DNA of 52,693 nucleotides from a virus (lineage: Duplodnaviria; Caudoviricetes). The notes under the pieces are model-generated. The model did not search any database. It had not been told where the DNA came from and worked only from the letters and a program-made list of their open reading frames with translations. Each line of letters starts with the position of its first letter. The stretch's first letter is position 1. Location: positions 1 to 52,693 of the IMG/VR virus record IMGVR_UViG_3300012041_000006; one strand, given 5' to 3'. Below are positions 7,953 to 16,740 of this stretch, one piece after another. The position numbers were made by a program, and so were the translations under genes.

Positions 7953-8107
7953 TCTGGCCGTCTGCTCTCGTATTCGCACTCACCGCAACTGGCCTGAGTT
8001 TGGTCGTCAACGATTCCTCCTGGTTCACCCAGATCGGCTGCGCGATGCTCGGCGTTGTGGCTGCGCTTTTCTGGACACGGTTATCAAACCAAGAGGACAG
8101 GCCATGA
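7949..8107 (+). CDS. 52-aa protein with two predicted TM segments
   Basis: MIWPSALVFALTATGLSLVVNDSSWFTQIGCAMLGVVAALFWTRLSNQEDRP; GTGA and ATGA overlaps with both neighbours. Confidence 0.65.
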   Translation: MIWPSALVFALTATGLSLVVNDSSWFTQIGCAMLGVVAALFWTRLSNQEDRP

Positions 8108-8490
8108 GGCGTCAGCTTCGCTTGGTGTGGAACGTCTTACGTGGGCGTCCGGTTGCCTACCGGATAGAAGTCCGAGATGGTGTGCTGTGGGTTCCATCCG
8201 GAGGGATGGTCGTTGAGTGCGCCTTCCTCGGTAGGTCGGGGTTGCGGGAAGCACAAAGCCAAGATATGACACGTGATCCAGCTACGACAGACATGGGCGC
8301 GGTCATAGCTGACGATCACTGGCACGAGCGACACTCGAATCAAGCTTCGACAGCCTGCGCCTGCATTGGCCCACCTGCTGACGATGGTGACCTAAGGTGT
8401 GTCTGTGCAAGACTCGCAGCAGAGGAAGGTCACCCCTGGGAACGTTGGAAAAATTATGTTGCCCCACGAAAGCAGGATACACCGACTTGA
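8104..8490 (+). CDS. Hypothetical protein with Cys-rich C-terminus
   Basis: ATG at 8104 overlaps the previous stop (ATGA); CACIGP...CVC. Confidence 0.6.
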   Translation: MRRQLRLVWNVLRGRPVAYRIEVRDGVLWVPSGGMVVECAFLGRSGLREAQSQDMTRDPATTDMGAVIADDHWHERHSNQASTACACIGPPADDGDLRCVCARLAAEEGHPWERWKNYVAPRKQDTPT

Positions 8491-8515
8491 CAACCCTGGT
8501 GGCAGGTACTATCGT
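8487..8515 (+). promoter_or_regulatory. Sigma70-type promoter (GTAC-extended class)
   Basis: TTGACA-17 nt-TATCGT. Confidence 0.65.
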
Positions 8516-8553
8516 ACATAGTGCCTACTATTCAACCACCAAGGAGGTGGGAC

Positions 8554-9558
8554 GTGAGTCATAACCTTTTCGGCGATAGGTTTGGGGATGCCAGGAAGCC
8601 CGCATGGCATCATTTAGGACAGGTATTTGAGAAGTCGCTGTCCGCAACACAGGCACTCAAGAAGATCGGAGGGTACAACGTTCGTCTTGCAGAGACATCT
8701 GCTGATGGTGTTTCCCTCAACAAGATGGCAATCCTGCGCGACCCTACGACGGACGATCCAGAGGTTCGCGTGTTCGGTATCGTCGGGAACGACTACATGC
8801 TGATCACTCCGCAGGACGTGTGCTCAATCTACGACGAGCAGGTAGGCAAGCCAGTCGAGACGATTGGCGCGCTCGGAAACGGGGAAGTGTTTTTCCTCTC
8901 CACTACGTTGCCTACACTCGATGTGAAGGGCGATGAGTTGGAGAACTACCTCATCATGTCCAACCCGATGACGGGCCTCATGTCAGCGGAATTGCGCGTT
9001 GCCCCAGTCAGGGTCGTGTGCCAGAACACGCTCACTGCCTCTGATCAGATGGCAACGCAGAGGCTGCGCATCACTCACGACAAGCACGCGAAGGCGCGTC
9101 TGGCTGAGTGGTTGCGTGAGACGTACGAGTTCGCAGAGACGTCCTCGCGCGTGTTGCGTGACCTGTTTGAGGAGATGACGAAGGTCCGCATGAAGGATGC
9201 AGAGGCACGCAAACTGTTCGCCGCGTGCTACCCGCACCCGACCAAGCCTCGCATGGACGCAACGAAGGTGGTCATGGATCAGAGGTTGAATTGGTGGCAG
9301 GAGGGTATCCAGCTCATGGATCGCAGGCGTGAGGGTGCAAAGATGCTGTTTGAGGGCATGGGCACTGGCATGGACACACCTGCTGCAAAGGGTACGCTCT
9401 GGGGTGCATACAACGCTGTTGTTGAGACAGAGGACTATAGGCGCGGGCGCAACGAGACCCAGATCGCAGCGTCGAGCATGGGCTGGGGTAACCTGCCAGA
9501 ACGAGCTCAGACAAAGAAGCGCGCGTTTGAGTATTCGGTGGACCTAGTCAAGCAATGA
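8554..9558 (+). CDS. DUF932 (TIGR03299-like phage/plasmid) protein
   Basis: PAWHHLG; ETIGALGNG; PVRVVCQNTL; GTLWGAYNAVVE; AGGAGG before GTG 8554. Confidence 0.85.
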   Translation: MSHNLFGDRFGDARKPAWHHLGQVFEKSLSATQALKKIGGYNVRLAETSADGVSLNKMAILRDPTTDDPEVRVFGIVGNDYMLITPQDVCSIYDEQVGKPVETIGALGNGEVFFLSTTLPTLDVKGDELENYLIMSNPMTGLMSAELRVAPVRVVCQNTLTASDQMATQRLRITHDKHAKARLAEWLRETYEFAETSSRVLRDLFEEMTKVRMKDAEARKLFAACYPHPTKPRMDATKVVMDQRLNWWQEGIQLMDRRREGAKMLFEGMGTGMDTPAAKGTLWGAYNAVVETEDYRRGRNETQIAASSMGWGNLPERAQTKKRAFEYSVDLVKQ

Positions 9559-9647
9559 CGGCAAGGTTGAGGGCCCAAGGCCTATCCTGCCCCAGTCCGG
9601 CAGTCAGGGAAGGTACAGGCCCTCAGCAACACTAAAGGAGGCACGCA

Positions 9648-9785
9648 ATGAGAGCATGGATTTCATCTTCTGGTAACGTAGGGATATCAAAGTACATCGG
9701 TGGCGGAGTCCTCGGGTGCTTCGGGTTTCTGTTTGCGATCCTCGGAGTACTCGCAATTGCAGCACTGATCTACTCGCTGACATGA
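9648..9785 (+). CDS. 45-aa membrane protein
   Basis: AAGGAGG RBS; ...GGVLGCFGFLFAILGVLAIAALIYSLT. Confidence 0.65.
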   Translation: MRAWISSSGNVGISKYIGGGVLGCFGFLFAILGVLAIAALIYSLT

Positions 9786-9832
9786 TAGGCAGTATGGCTA
9801 ACATATGGGGAGCACTAACACGGGAGGTACAG

Positions 9833-9913
9833 ATGCCTCTCTGGGTAGCGATTCTTTTGTGGGTATCTTTAGTGAATCATGTCATCCTGCCGTGGGTACT
9901 GGGGTGGTTCTAG
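9833..9913 (+). CDS. 26-aa hydrophobic peptide
   Basis: GGGAGG RBS; MPLWVAILLWVSLVNHVILPWVLGWF; stop abuts the helicase ATG. Confidence 0.5.
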   Translation: MPLWVAILLWVSLVNHVILPWVLGWF

Positions 9914-11722
9914 ATGCCTAAAGAGAACATCATCCAGGAGACACTCAAGGGCAGGCGCAAGACAGTCACCCACAGGCACCACGTGTGGATCGACGGGAGG
10001 TGGATTATGTACTCCCCCTCTCACGGAATCGGATCTGTGGCGCGTGAGATGAGGGAAATTGGAGGAAGGTGGGAAAAGAAAACCCAAGCGTTCCGGCTCC
10101 CTCGTCTCACTCGCATGGTGAGATTCCTTTCAGAGTTTGATCCTGATGCCTCTATGGTTCCAGATCTTAAACGACACCTGAAAGGTACATGGGAAGAGAC
10201 AGATTCAGAGGTTTGGAGAGCGATCTGGCATGACTCGTGGCATCAAGGGTATGACAAATTGTACCCGTACCAGAAAGAAGCAGTGCACGCACTTGCAACG
10301 CGACCCTACCATGGTGAGTTGCTGACGCTATCTCCTGGCCTTGGTAAGACGCCAACGTCGATTGTTGCAGCTGAGCACTATATGGCAGAGTTTGGAAACT
10401 CACAGCGTATCCTTGTTGTCGCTCCCCTCTCGTTGCTGCACAACTGGGAACGTGAGATCGAACGTTGGGCGTCGGACACACGTGTTGAGGTGTGTCACCA
10501 GGAGTCGCCTACTGAGGACCGTAGTGTACGGTGGACGGTTACGAACTACGACTCGATCATGGAGAGGATTAAGGACCCAACGTCCAACCGTACTGTTGTC
10601 ACAGGGAACCTGAAAGAAGAGTGGGACCTCGACTGGGATGTAGTCATCTTTGATGAGTCAGTGCTCTTGAAGAACCGCAAAGCAAAGAGGACACAGGCAG
10701 CACGCACTCTCGCACGAGCAGCGAAACGTGTGTGGTTGCTGTCAGGTGCACCTATCACTCGTGACAACTCAGACATCTGGGCACAGTTTAACATCATGGA
10801 ACCAGACTACTTCACCTCCTTCTGGCGATACGCAGAAGAAGCATGCGTCGTCGTCAAGACGCAGTGGTCAATGGGTGAGATTTTGGGGTCGCGCAAGGAC
10901 TTCGATACAAGGCACGAGTATCCAGAGATCATGTTCGTGCGTAACCAAGAAGAGGTGTTTGAGGACTTACCTGAATACCTTTATCAGGAGGTTGAGATAA
11001 CTCTTGACCCAAGACAAGCAAAAGCTCATGAAGATGTTTTGCAGACATGGATACATGAATTAGAAGAGAACAGAGACAAACGAGTTGAGGTTACAGCAGT
11101 AATTGCTATGTTGACACGCCTCATGCAGATAACTAGTTCTCTTTACAATCTAGAAACAACCGGAAAAGAGTGGCCTGATGTGTCTGCTAAAGCAGATTAC
11201 ATCTGTGAAGAGTTAAACAACGGAGAGTTTGAACTCCCTGCTCTTGTGTGGGTACACCACAGGCCAGGCGCTCATGCATTGCGTGACAGGTTGGTGAAAC
11301 TAACCAAGAAGAAAGAATCAGCAATGTACGGAAAGAGAATTGAACTTGTTCTCGGGGGAATGAAGAAAGGTGTGGCAGATACTCTCATCGAAGAGTATAA
11401 AGCAGGGAAGATAGATGTTCTTCTCATGGGGCTAACTGTCGGTAAGTTCGGCCATTCTTTAGCGGTTACACGTACTGCTGTTTATTTTGATAAAGTGTGG
11501 GATGTCGATGCCCTAGTACAATCATTTCACAGAGTAGCAGGTGCCCGTGCCAAGATCACAGGTTATACCCACAAACCAAGACTCATCACACTCCGCTGTC
11601 GTGGAACAGTGGATGACTTTGTTGAACTCAACCTCGCTGGTAAGCTACCCAGCATTGCTCGTATTACTGGAGCGGATCTCTCCAAAATGCTTAGAGCACT
11701 TGGAGAAGACCTTGTGCAGTAA
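9914..11722 (+). CDS. SNF2-family (SF2) helicase/ATPase
   Basis: LYPYQ Q-motif; SPGLGKT; VVAPLSLLHNW; VIFDES; LSGAPI; C-terminal QSFHRV. Confidence 0.9.
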   Translation: MPKENIIQETLKGRRKTVTHRHHVWIDGRWIMYSPSHGIGSVAREMREIGGRWEKKTQAFRLPRLTRMVRFLSEFDPDASMVPDLKRHLKGTWEETDSEVWRAIWHDSWHQGYDKLYPYQKEAVHALATRPYHGELLTLSPGLGKTPTSIVAAEHYMAEFGNSQRILVVAPLSLLHNWEREIERWASDTRVEVCHQESPTEDRSVRWTVTNYDSIMERIKDPTSNRTVVTGNLKEEWDLDWDVVIFDESVLLKNRKAKRTQAARTLARAAKRVWLLSGAPITRDNSDIWAQFNIMEPDYFTSFWRYAEEACVVVKTQWSMGEILGSRKDFDTRHEYPEIMFVRNQEEVFEDLPEYLYQEVEITLDPRQAKAHEDVLQTWIHELEENRDKRVEVTAVIAMLTRLMQITSSLYNLETTGKEWPDVSAKADYICEELNNGEFELPALVWVHHRPGAHALRDRLVKLTKKKESAMYGKRIELVLGGMKKGVADTLIEEYKAGKIDVLLMGLTVGKFGHSLAVTRTAVYFDKVWDVDALVQSFHRVAGARAKITGYTHKPRLITLRCRGTVDDFVELNLAGKLPSIARITGADLSKMLRALGEDLVQ

Positions 11723-12296
11723 AGGAAGAAAAGAAGGCTATCTTGCTGCACTTCTTGACGGTGAGGGTTCAGTAGCCAAAGCTTCAGAAAAGGTGGCGGT
11801 TATTTACAACTCAGATCCTGACTTGATTGCAGCAGGTATTTTCTGTTCTGTGCATTTGGGTTTTGAGTCACTCACTCTGTCAGTTAATTCTGTTAAAGGC
11901 TACAAAGACATGTGGACTCTCCATTTTTACACACAGAGTAGTTTTCGTAAGTTGTTGCAAACTCCCCTACAGGTAAGAAATAAAATCTCAAGGCTAGAAG
12001 CCATTCTAGCTTCATATAAGGGGAGACAGCGTAAAGATTGGTCTAGGACAAGTGCAGTACGATTTCATAACCAAGGGTGGTCACCAGTACAGATTGCTAA
12101 ACGTTTGGGGGTAGACTACACAACCATTGAGTTTTACTTTAAGTCAAAAGGGATTAAGAAAAATACCAGGCCTCCTTCTAGACATGGAACACACTCAAAG
12201 TACGGAATGGGATGTAGGTGTGAACCTTGCAAAGAAGCTAATAGAGTTTACAAGCGTGAATGGTACCACAAAAACAAACAGAGAAAGGAGGCATGA
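11712..12296 (+). CDS. Free-standing LAGLIDADG homing endonuclease with C-terminal HTH and HG..Y..GCRC..C motif
   Basis: GYLAALLDGEGSV; SPVQIAKRLGVDYTTI; HGTHSKYGMGCRCEPC; AT-rich; TTG start inferred from GGAG. Confidence 0.75.
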   Translation: MCSKGRKEGYLAALLDGEGSVAKASEKVAVIYNSDPDLIAAGIFCSVHLGFESLTLSVNSVKGYKDMWTLHFYTQSSFRKLLQTPLQVRNKISRLEAILASYKGRQRKDWSRTSAVRFHNQGWSPVQIAKRLGVDYTTIEFYFKSKGIKKNTRPPSRHGTHSKYGMGCRCEPCKEANRVYKREWYHKNKQRKEA

Positions 12297-12559
12297 TGAG
12301 TGACTGGCTAGTATTGTCCCAGACAGTTACGTCGAAAGGCAACCCGAGGGAGTTTGGAATGGAAACTCTCGATGGGTTTCTGGAGAAGAGTCGTGTATAC
12401 GTTATTGCAGCTGAACGTAGAGGCAGTGGCGGTGATGACTCACGTATCCCACGACGTGTCATCGGTATAGGCGCAGATCGTCATTCTGCTCGACGCTCTC
12501 TTGAGGAGACAATCACGTCCTACGATCCTGCTGGTCGCGTCGTGTTCACGCAGGCGTGA
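12293..12559 (+). CDS. Hypothetical protein
   Basis: AAGGAGG RBS; ATGA overlap with the previous stop. Confidence 0.65.
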   Translation: MMSDWLVLSQTVTSKGNPREFGMETLDGFLEKSRVYVIAAERRGSGGDDSRIPRRVIGIGADRHSARRSLEETITSYDPAGRVVFTQA

Positions 12560-12660
12560 GCGTGCGCGTCTGTCACACGTGTAAATCGCCCAACGCATAG
12601 CATGGGCCTATCGTTCTTTGCCTGTTAGCACGCGTTCTGTGCAGTAGTAATTCGCTGCAG

Positions 12661-13389
12661 TTGCGTAGTGTGTGCGCATATGCACACAATTCTGTAGTTC
12701 CAGCAACATGCCCTGTCAGCGAAGGAAGGAAAGGGATCATCGGTGTCAGAGTATTCATACTCGTTACGGTTATATGTGTCGGATTAACCGGCGCAAGTTC
12801 AGGAGCGGCTCAGCCCACAGTAATTGGTAAGGCGCCTGTCGCCAAGAGAACATCCGCTCCCCCTCTTACAGGTTCATGTCCATACGCTCGTCTAGGTGTC
12901 GCCTTCTATCGAGGGCGATTCATTCAACACCAGGTGCAGCGCAATGCTTCTATCCCCTCGTGGCGTAAACCTCGCAACTGTGCAGACGCACGGTACCTCG
13001 CTTTCGTCTGGGCGAGGGGAGCCTACGCCTCTCGTATGCAGACGAAGAAACATCTAGAGGCACTTGAAGCAAGAAGGAACGAGCACCCACGAGACATAGC
13101 GCTCAGGTTGCTCCAAGGTGACAGAGTGCAGTGGGGATGTCTCATGTCGATTGTCGCAGGAGAGAATCGAGCGATGATTCCCACTCTCGATTTCGGAGGT
13201 GGTCACGGCAACGTCTACGAGGCGTATGGAATCCCTCAAGCGAATCCAGGGTACAAGATGAGGAGTGCAGGCCCTGACTGGCGCACGAACCCAGAGACAC
13301 AACTACGTTGGATGATCGGATACTGCCGTGGACGGTATGGATCGGTGTGCGGTGCAGCACGCGCTCGTCGCACGCAAGGGTGGTACTAG
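12661..13389 (+). CDS. Secreted lytic transglycosylase (SLT/lysozyme-like, actinobacterial type); start uncertain
   Basis: WGCL...E; AYGIPQANPG.KM.SAGPDWRTNPETQLRW...Y..GRYG; signal-peptide-like N-region. Confidence 0.85.
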   Translation: MRSVCAYAHNSVVPATCPVSEGRKGIIGVRVFILVTVICVGLTGASSGAAQPTVIGKAPVAKRTSAPPLTGSCPYARLGVAFYRGRFIQHQVQRNASIPSWRKPRNCADARYLAFVWARGAYASRMQTKKHLEALEARRNEHPRDIALRLLQGDRVQWGCLMSIVAGENRAMIPTLDFGGGHGNVYEAYGIPQANPGYKMRSAGPDWRTNPETQLRWMIGYCRGRYGSVCGAARARRTQGWY

Positions 13390-13456
13390 ATTTCTGTGTT
13401 CAAACTGTCACAGAATACGCACCCACACTAGACAGCATGATCCCCACGAAAGTCAC

Positions 13457-13485
13457 TTGCAGGGCTAATCGCAATGTACTAACGT
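13457..13485 (+). promoter_or_regulatory. Promoter (GTAC-extended class)
   Basis: TTGCAG-17 nt-TAACGT; near-copy of 15616-15644. Confidence 0.6.
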
Positions 13486-13513
13486 ATGCGTCGGTAGGAG
13501 CATGACGGCGGAT

Positions 13514-13593
13514 GTGTGGGTGCTGGTTACTGCCCAAGGAGTAGTCTCGTTGAGCTTGGTGAGGGAACGCGAGAGACTAGCCAGCACCCACAC
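13514..13593 (+). other. Structured leader or ncRNA candidate
   Basis: GTGTGGGTGCTGGTTA pairs with TAGCCAGCACCCACAC; inner AGTCTC/GAGACT stem. Confidence 0.5.
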
Positions 13594-13620
13594 TTCTAAA
13601 CGACGACGAAAGGGCACGCA

Positions 13621-13812
13621 ATGACTGTTCAAGAAGCACAGGATCTCCTCTATGAGGCCTTGAACGAGGCACTCGATGAGATCTCAGAGAAGGAGGACAG
13701 GAACGTTGTTCTCTACACCTTTGAGGAACAAGGAGTCATGACCTACAACAAGGGCGTGGTCCTTGGTATTGGTGACAGCGAGTTCCAGATCTCCATTGTG
13801 AGATCACGATGA
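13621..13812 (+). CDS. Hypothetical protein
   Basis: 63-aa ORF with AAAGGG RBS; ATGA overlap downstream. Confidence 0.7.
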   Translation: MTVQEAQDLLYEALNEALDEISEKEDRNVVLYTFEEQGVMTYNKGVVLGIGDSEFQISIVRSR

Positions 13813-14198
13813 CCCTTGCTGAGTACTTCGCGCAAGACAAGTACTTCTCTGAGTCGACACAGGAACTCATGCCGATTGATGAGATGCCGTTCCCCCATGC
13901 CATGCACGCTGCAAAGAAGTTGAATGCTGAGCATGGCACTGATTTCATTTACTCTCGGCTAGGAGAGGCTTTTATGGAGCGGCTCTCCCCGCCACAAGAG
14001 TGCATCCAGGATCAGCTGAAACGGAGTGGAACATCAGCGCATATAGTGCTCGGGTCGACCACGAACGTACGATCGAAGTTTTACCACGCAGGGCGGCGTC
14101 TCGGAGTGAAAGTGAAGACGCACAAGAAGGGACATTACGTGACAGCGGAAGTTGTCACAGGCACGCAGGTCAGAGTGAAGGGACAACAAGTTGCCTAA
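13809..14198 (+). CDS. Hypothetical protein
   Basis: 129-aa ORF translationally coupled to the previous gene. Confidence 0.7.
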   Translation: MTLAEYFAQDKYFSESTQELMPIDEMPFPHAMHAAKKLNAEHGTDFIYSRLGEAFMERLSPPQECIQDQLKRSGTSAHIVLGSTTNVRSKFYHAGRRLGVKVKTHKKGHYVTAEVVTGTQVRVKGQQVA

Positions 14199-14357
14199 GG
14201 GCAGTAAGTGTGGAAGTAACTGGAGCGCAGCGTAGCGTGCCGCGCGGTGTGCTCAGGCTATCCCACCAGCCTTTCGGTGTCTTCGTCGTCACCGGCGGTT
14301 GCTTCCACAAAATTTTTAAGGTAGAAAAATGAAACGCTGCTTGTTGGGCGAAATCCA

Positions 14358-14963
14358 GTGACCTTCCCTCCCCTCAATACCCTCTACGACTCACACTGCA
14401 CGAAGTGTCCTCTGCATCAGAACGTGACACACATCTGCATACCCTCCTCTGGTGCATCAGACAAGTTCAAGTGCTTGGTAGTTGGAGAGGCACCAGGACG
14501 CAATGAGGATGAGCAAAACACTCCATTCGTTGGGCGCTCAGGCTGGCTATTAGATCGTGAGTTGAATCGTGCGTTCCAGGTAGATAATGCACGCACACTC
14601 ATCCCTGTCACAAACGCTGTGAAGTGTCGCCCCTCATCCTCTGACGGACGCTTCAATAAGACACCTGAGTTACCAGATATTAATGCGTGCGTAGACTCCT
14701 ATCTCGTACACGAGATTTTTGTCCTCGATGCCCGCGTTATCCTCGCGCTCGGGAACGTCGCAGCACACGCGCTGCTCGACACGACCGGTATACAGATGCT
14801 GCGCGGGTCATGGCACGCACTCACAGAGAAAGCACAGCGATGGGTTCGCGTGACGTACCACCCAGCGTATGTACTGAGGCAAGGACTTGAGTCTGCAGTG
14901 GCACAGGCCTTCAGAGATGATATTGCGGAATTTGCACGGACGGCAAGGAAGGAGGCTAAGTGA
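14358..14963 (+). CDS. udg: Uracil-DNA glycosylase, family 4 (Fe-S)
   Basis: CTKCPL; VGEAPGRNED...PFVGRSG; NAVKCRP; TYHPAYVLR. Confidence 0.92.
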   Translation: MTFPPLNTLYDSHCTKCPLHQNVTHICIPSSGASDKFKCLVVGEAPGRNEDEQNTPFVGRSGWLLDRELNRAFQVDNARTLIPVTNAVKCRPSSSDGRFNKTPELPDINACVDSYLVHEIFVLDARVILALGNVAAHALLDTTGIQMLRGSWHALTEKAQRWVRVTYHPAYVLRQGLESAVAQAFRDDIAEFARTARKEAK

Positions 14964-15256
14964 TCACTGACCTAGAAGATAAACAGCGAGACGGAAGGAT
15001 TCATCCATGTAATGGGTACGTCCTGGTTGAGAGGCTGACGGAGAGAGAAGATATCATTGTCGTTGAGTTTTCAGAGAGTTACAAGTCAGCAATTGTTGTC
15101 GAAACCTCAGACGATGAAACAGATGGAGGTATAGAAGTAAGGGCAGACACCTTTGAGTGGCGTCACGGTGACCTTATCTACTTCAAGGACTCAATCGAGG
15201 TGGATAGCAACATCTTTGTGCACTGGACAGACATCGTGGCGTACAAGAGATTCTGA
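14960..15256 (+). CDS. GroES-like co-chaperonin
   Basis: IHPCNGYVLVERL...GDLIYF...DIVA pattern; 98 aa. Confidence 0.55.
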   Translation: MITDLEDKQRDGRIHPCNGYVLVERLTEREDIIVVEFSESYKSAIVVETSDDETDGGIEVRADTFEWRHGDLIYFKDSIEVDSNIFVHWTDIVAYKRF

Positions 15257-15633
15257 TGTTCCTTCTTGCCCTTGACCTTGGTAGAACAACTGGATATGCT
15301 CTATGGGCTGCTCCAGATAAAGTCGCCAAGGTAGGTTCATTCAAAGACCCGGACGAGGGGTATCTCATGCTCAGAACTCTAGGAACTCCAGAGAACATTG
15401 TGGTAGAGAAACCCATTGTTATCAGAGGAGAACTCGGTAATGAGATGGCAGGTCTCATCGCACGTACAGAATCAGAGTTTGGTGACATAACGTATGTCAC
15501 AGCAGCGCAGTGGAAACCTCATCCCCTCATAAAGAGAATAAGAAACACTACTGGCAATTTCAATCCACACGAAAAGGACGCCCTGTGTATAGGTGCCTGG
15601 TTTATACATGTGCACTTGCAGGGGCAGGCCTAA
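15256..15633 (+). CDS. RuvC-like Holliday junction resolvase
   Basis: LLALDLGRTTGYA; IVVE; AAQWK; HEKDAL. Confidence 0.75.
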   Translation: MFLLALDLGRTTGYALWAAPDKVAKVGSFKDPDEGYLMLRTLGTPENIVVEKPIVIRGELGNEMAGLIARTESEFGDITYVTAAQWKPHPLIKRIRNTTGNFNPHEKDALCIGAWFIHVHLQGQA

Positions 15634-15644
15634 CGTACTAATGT
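15616..15644 (+). promoter_or_regulatory. Promoter (GTAC-extended class), probably giving a leaderless transcript
   Basis: TTGCAG-17 nt-TAATGT, 7 nt before the ATG at 15652. Confidence 0.6.
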
Positions 15645-15651
15645 ACTCCTA

Positions 15652-16737
15652 ATGGAACGATTCCATACCACAATCACAGAGCGGGGTTCCTTCCGCGACT
15701 GCAGACGCCGCTGGTCGCTTGAGGTGCGTGAGCGCCTCTCGCACAAGTCGCAGGTCGCGTGGGCTCTGATCTTTGGAGAGTGCATCCATGCAGCGCTTGA
15801 AGCTTACTACAAGAAGAACGAGAGGTCGCTTGCGAAAGCACTGTCCGCGTTCAAGCGCGCATGGCGTAAAGAAGATGCGATCCTGCAGGAGTCGTACGGA
15901 GGTCTCTACAAGGGAAGCATCGAGGACGAATGGCTCACGTATCTTGAAAAGGGCGTGACGATGCTCACCTACTATAAGCAGTACGATGACCAGGCTGACT
16001 TCGACTTTGAGTCGGTGATCGCTGTCAACATTGAGGCACGCGCATTTGTTGACATCTTGAATCCGCACGATGAGTCACGCCTGGAAGGTCTCCCTCTCTT
16101 GTCCGGTAGGATCGACCTCGTCGTAGAGAGGAAAGACGGGATCTGGATTTGGGACCACAAGACAGCAGCGTCAGCGTACGATGCACGTGCGCTCGATATT
16201 GACGACCAGTTGACAGGGTACTGCTACATATACTGGCGCCTCACAGGTGACATGCCCCGTGGCGCTGTCTACAACGCGCTGATTAAGTCACCACCTGGTC
16301 CCCCAAAGATTTTGAAGGCAGGTAATCTGTCACAGGACAAGGCACAGCGGACAACGTATGACCTCTACCTACAAGCGATCAAGGATAACGGCCTTGACAA
16401 GAGTGAGTACGAGGAGATACTCGCGTACCTGAAGGATAAGAAGTGGGCACAGTTCTACCTGCGCGAGGGCGTGACCATGAACGAGGAGCAATTACTCTCG
16501 TTTGAGCATCGTCTCTATTACGAGTACCTCGACATGCAGAAGGTCATTGCTGAGCCTGAGTGGGCCTACCCGAATCCGTCACAGCGCACGTGTGGGTGGT
16601 GTTCTGTGCTTCCGATCTGTCAGGCAATGGAGGAGAGAGGAGATCCAGATTTCATAAAAGAGAACATGTTCATCGAGCAACCAGTGAGGGCAGCAGTCCC
16701 AAAGACCATACTGTCTCCCAAATGGGAAGGAGTGTAG
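15652..16737 (+). CDS. PD-(D/E)XK Cas4/RecB-like exonuclease
   Basis: DCRRRW; FGECIHAALE; GRIDLV...IWDHKT; QLTGY; CGWC...C. Confidence 0.88.
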   Translation: MERFHTTITERGSFRDCRRRWSLEVRERLSHKSQVAWALIFGECIHAALEAYYKKNERSLAKALSAFKRAWRKEDAILQESYGGLYKGSIEDEWLTYLEKGVTMLTYYKQYDDQADFDFESVIAVNIEARAFVDILNPHDESRLEGLPLLSGRIDLVVERKDGIWIWDHKTAASAYDARALDIDDQLTGYCYIYWRLTGDMPRGAVYNALIKSPPGPPKILKAGNLSQDKAQRTTYDLYLQAIKDNGLDKSEYEEILAYLKDKKWAQFYLREGVTMNEEQLLSFEHRLYYEYLDMQKVIAEPEWAYPNPSQRTCGWCSVLPICQAMEERGDPDFIKENMFIEQPVRAAVPKTILSPKWEGV

Positions 16738-16740
16738 ATT

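Noticed and set aside
7918-8103. Upstream extension of the 190-aa ORF-track call
   Set aside because: Overlaps the coupled 52-aa membrane ORF; ATG at 8104 fits better
11712-12296. Intein or group I intron interrupting the helicase
   Set aside because: Helicase C-terminal motifs are complete before its stop; no splice motifs or downstream exon seen
15652-16737. Cas4-like nuclease as a CRISPR component
   Set aside because: No array or other cas genes; sits in the usual exonuclease-Sak4-SSB recombination module
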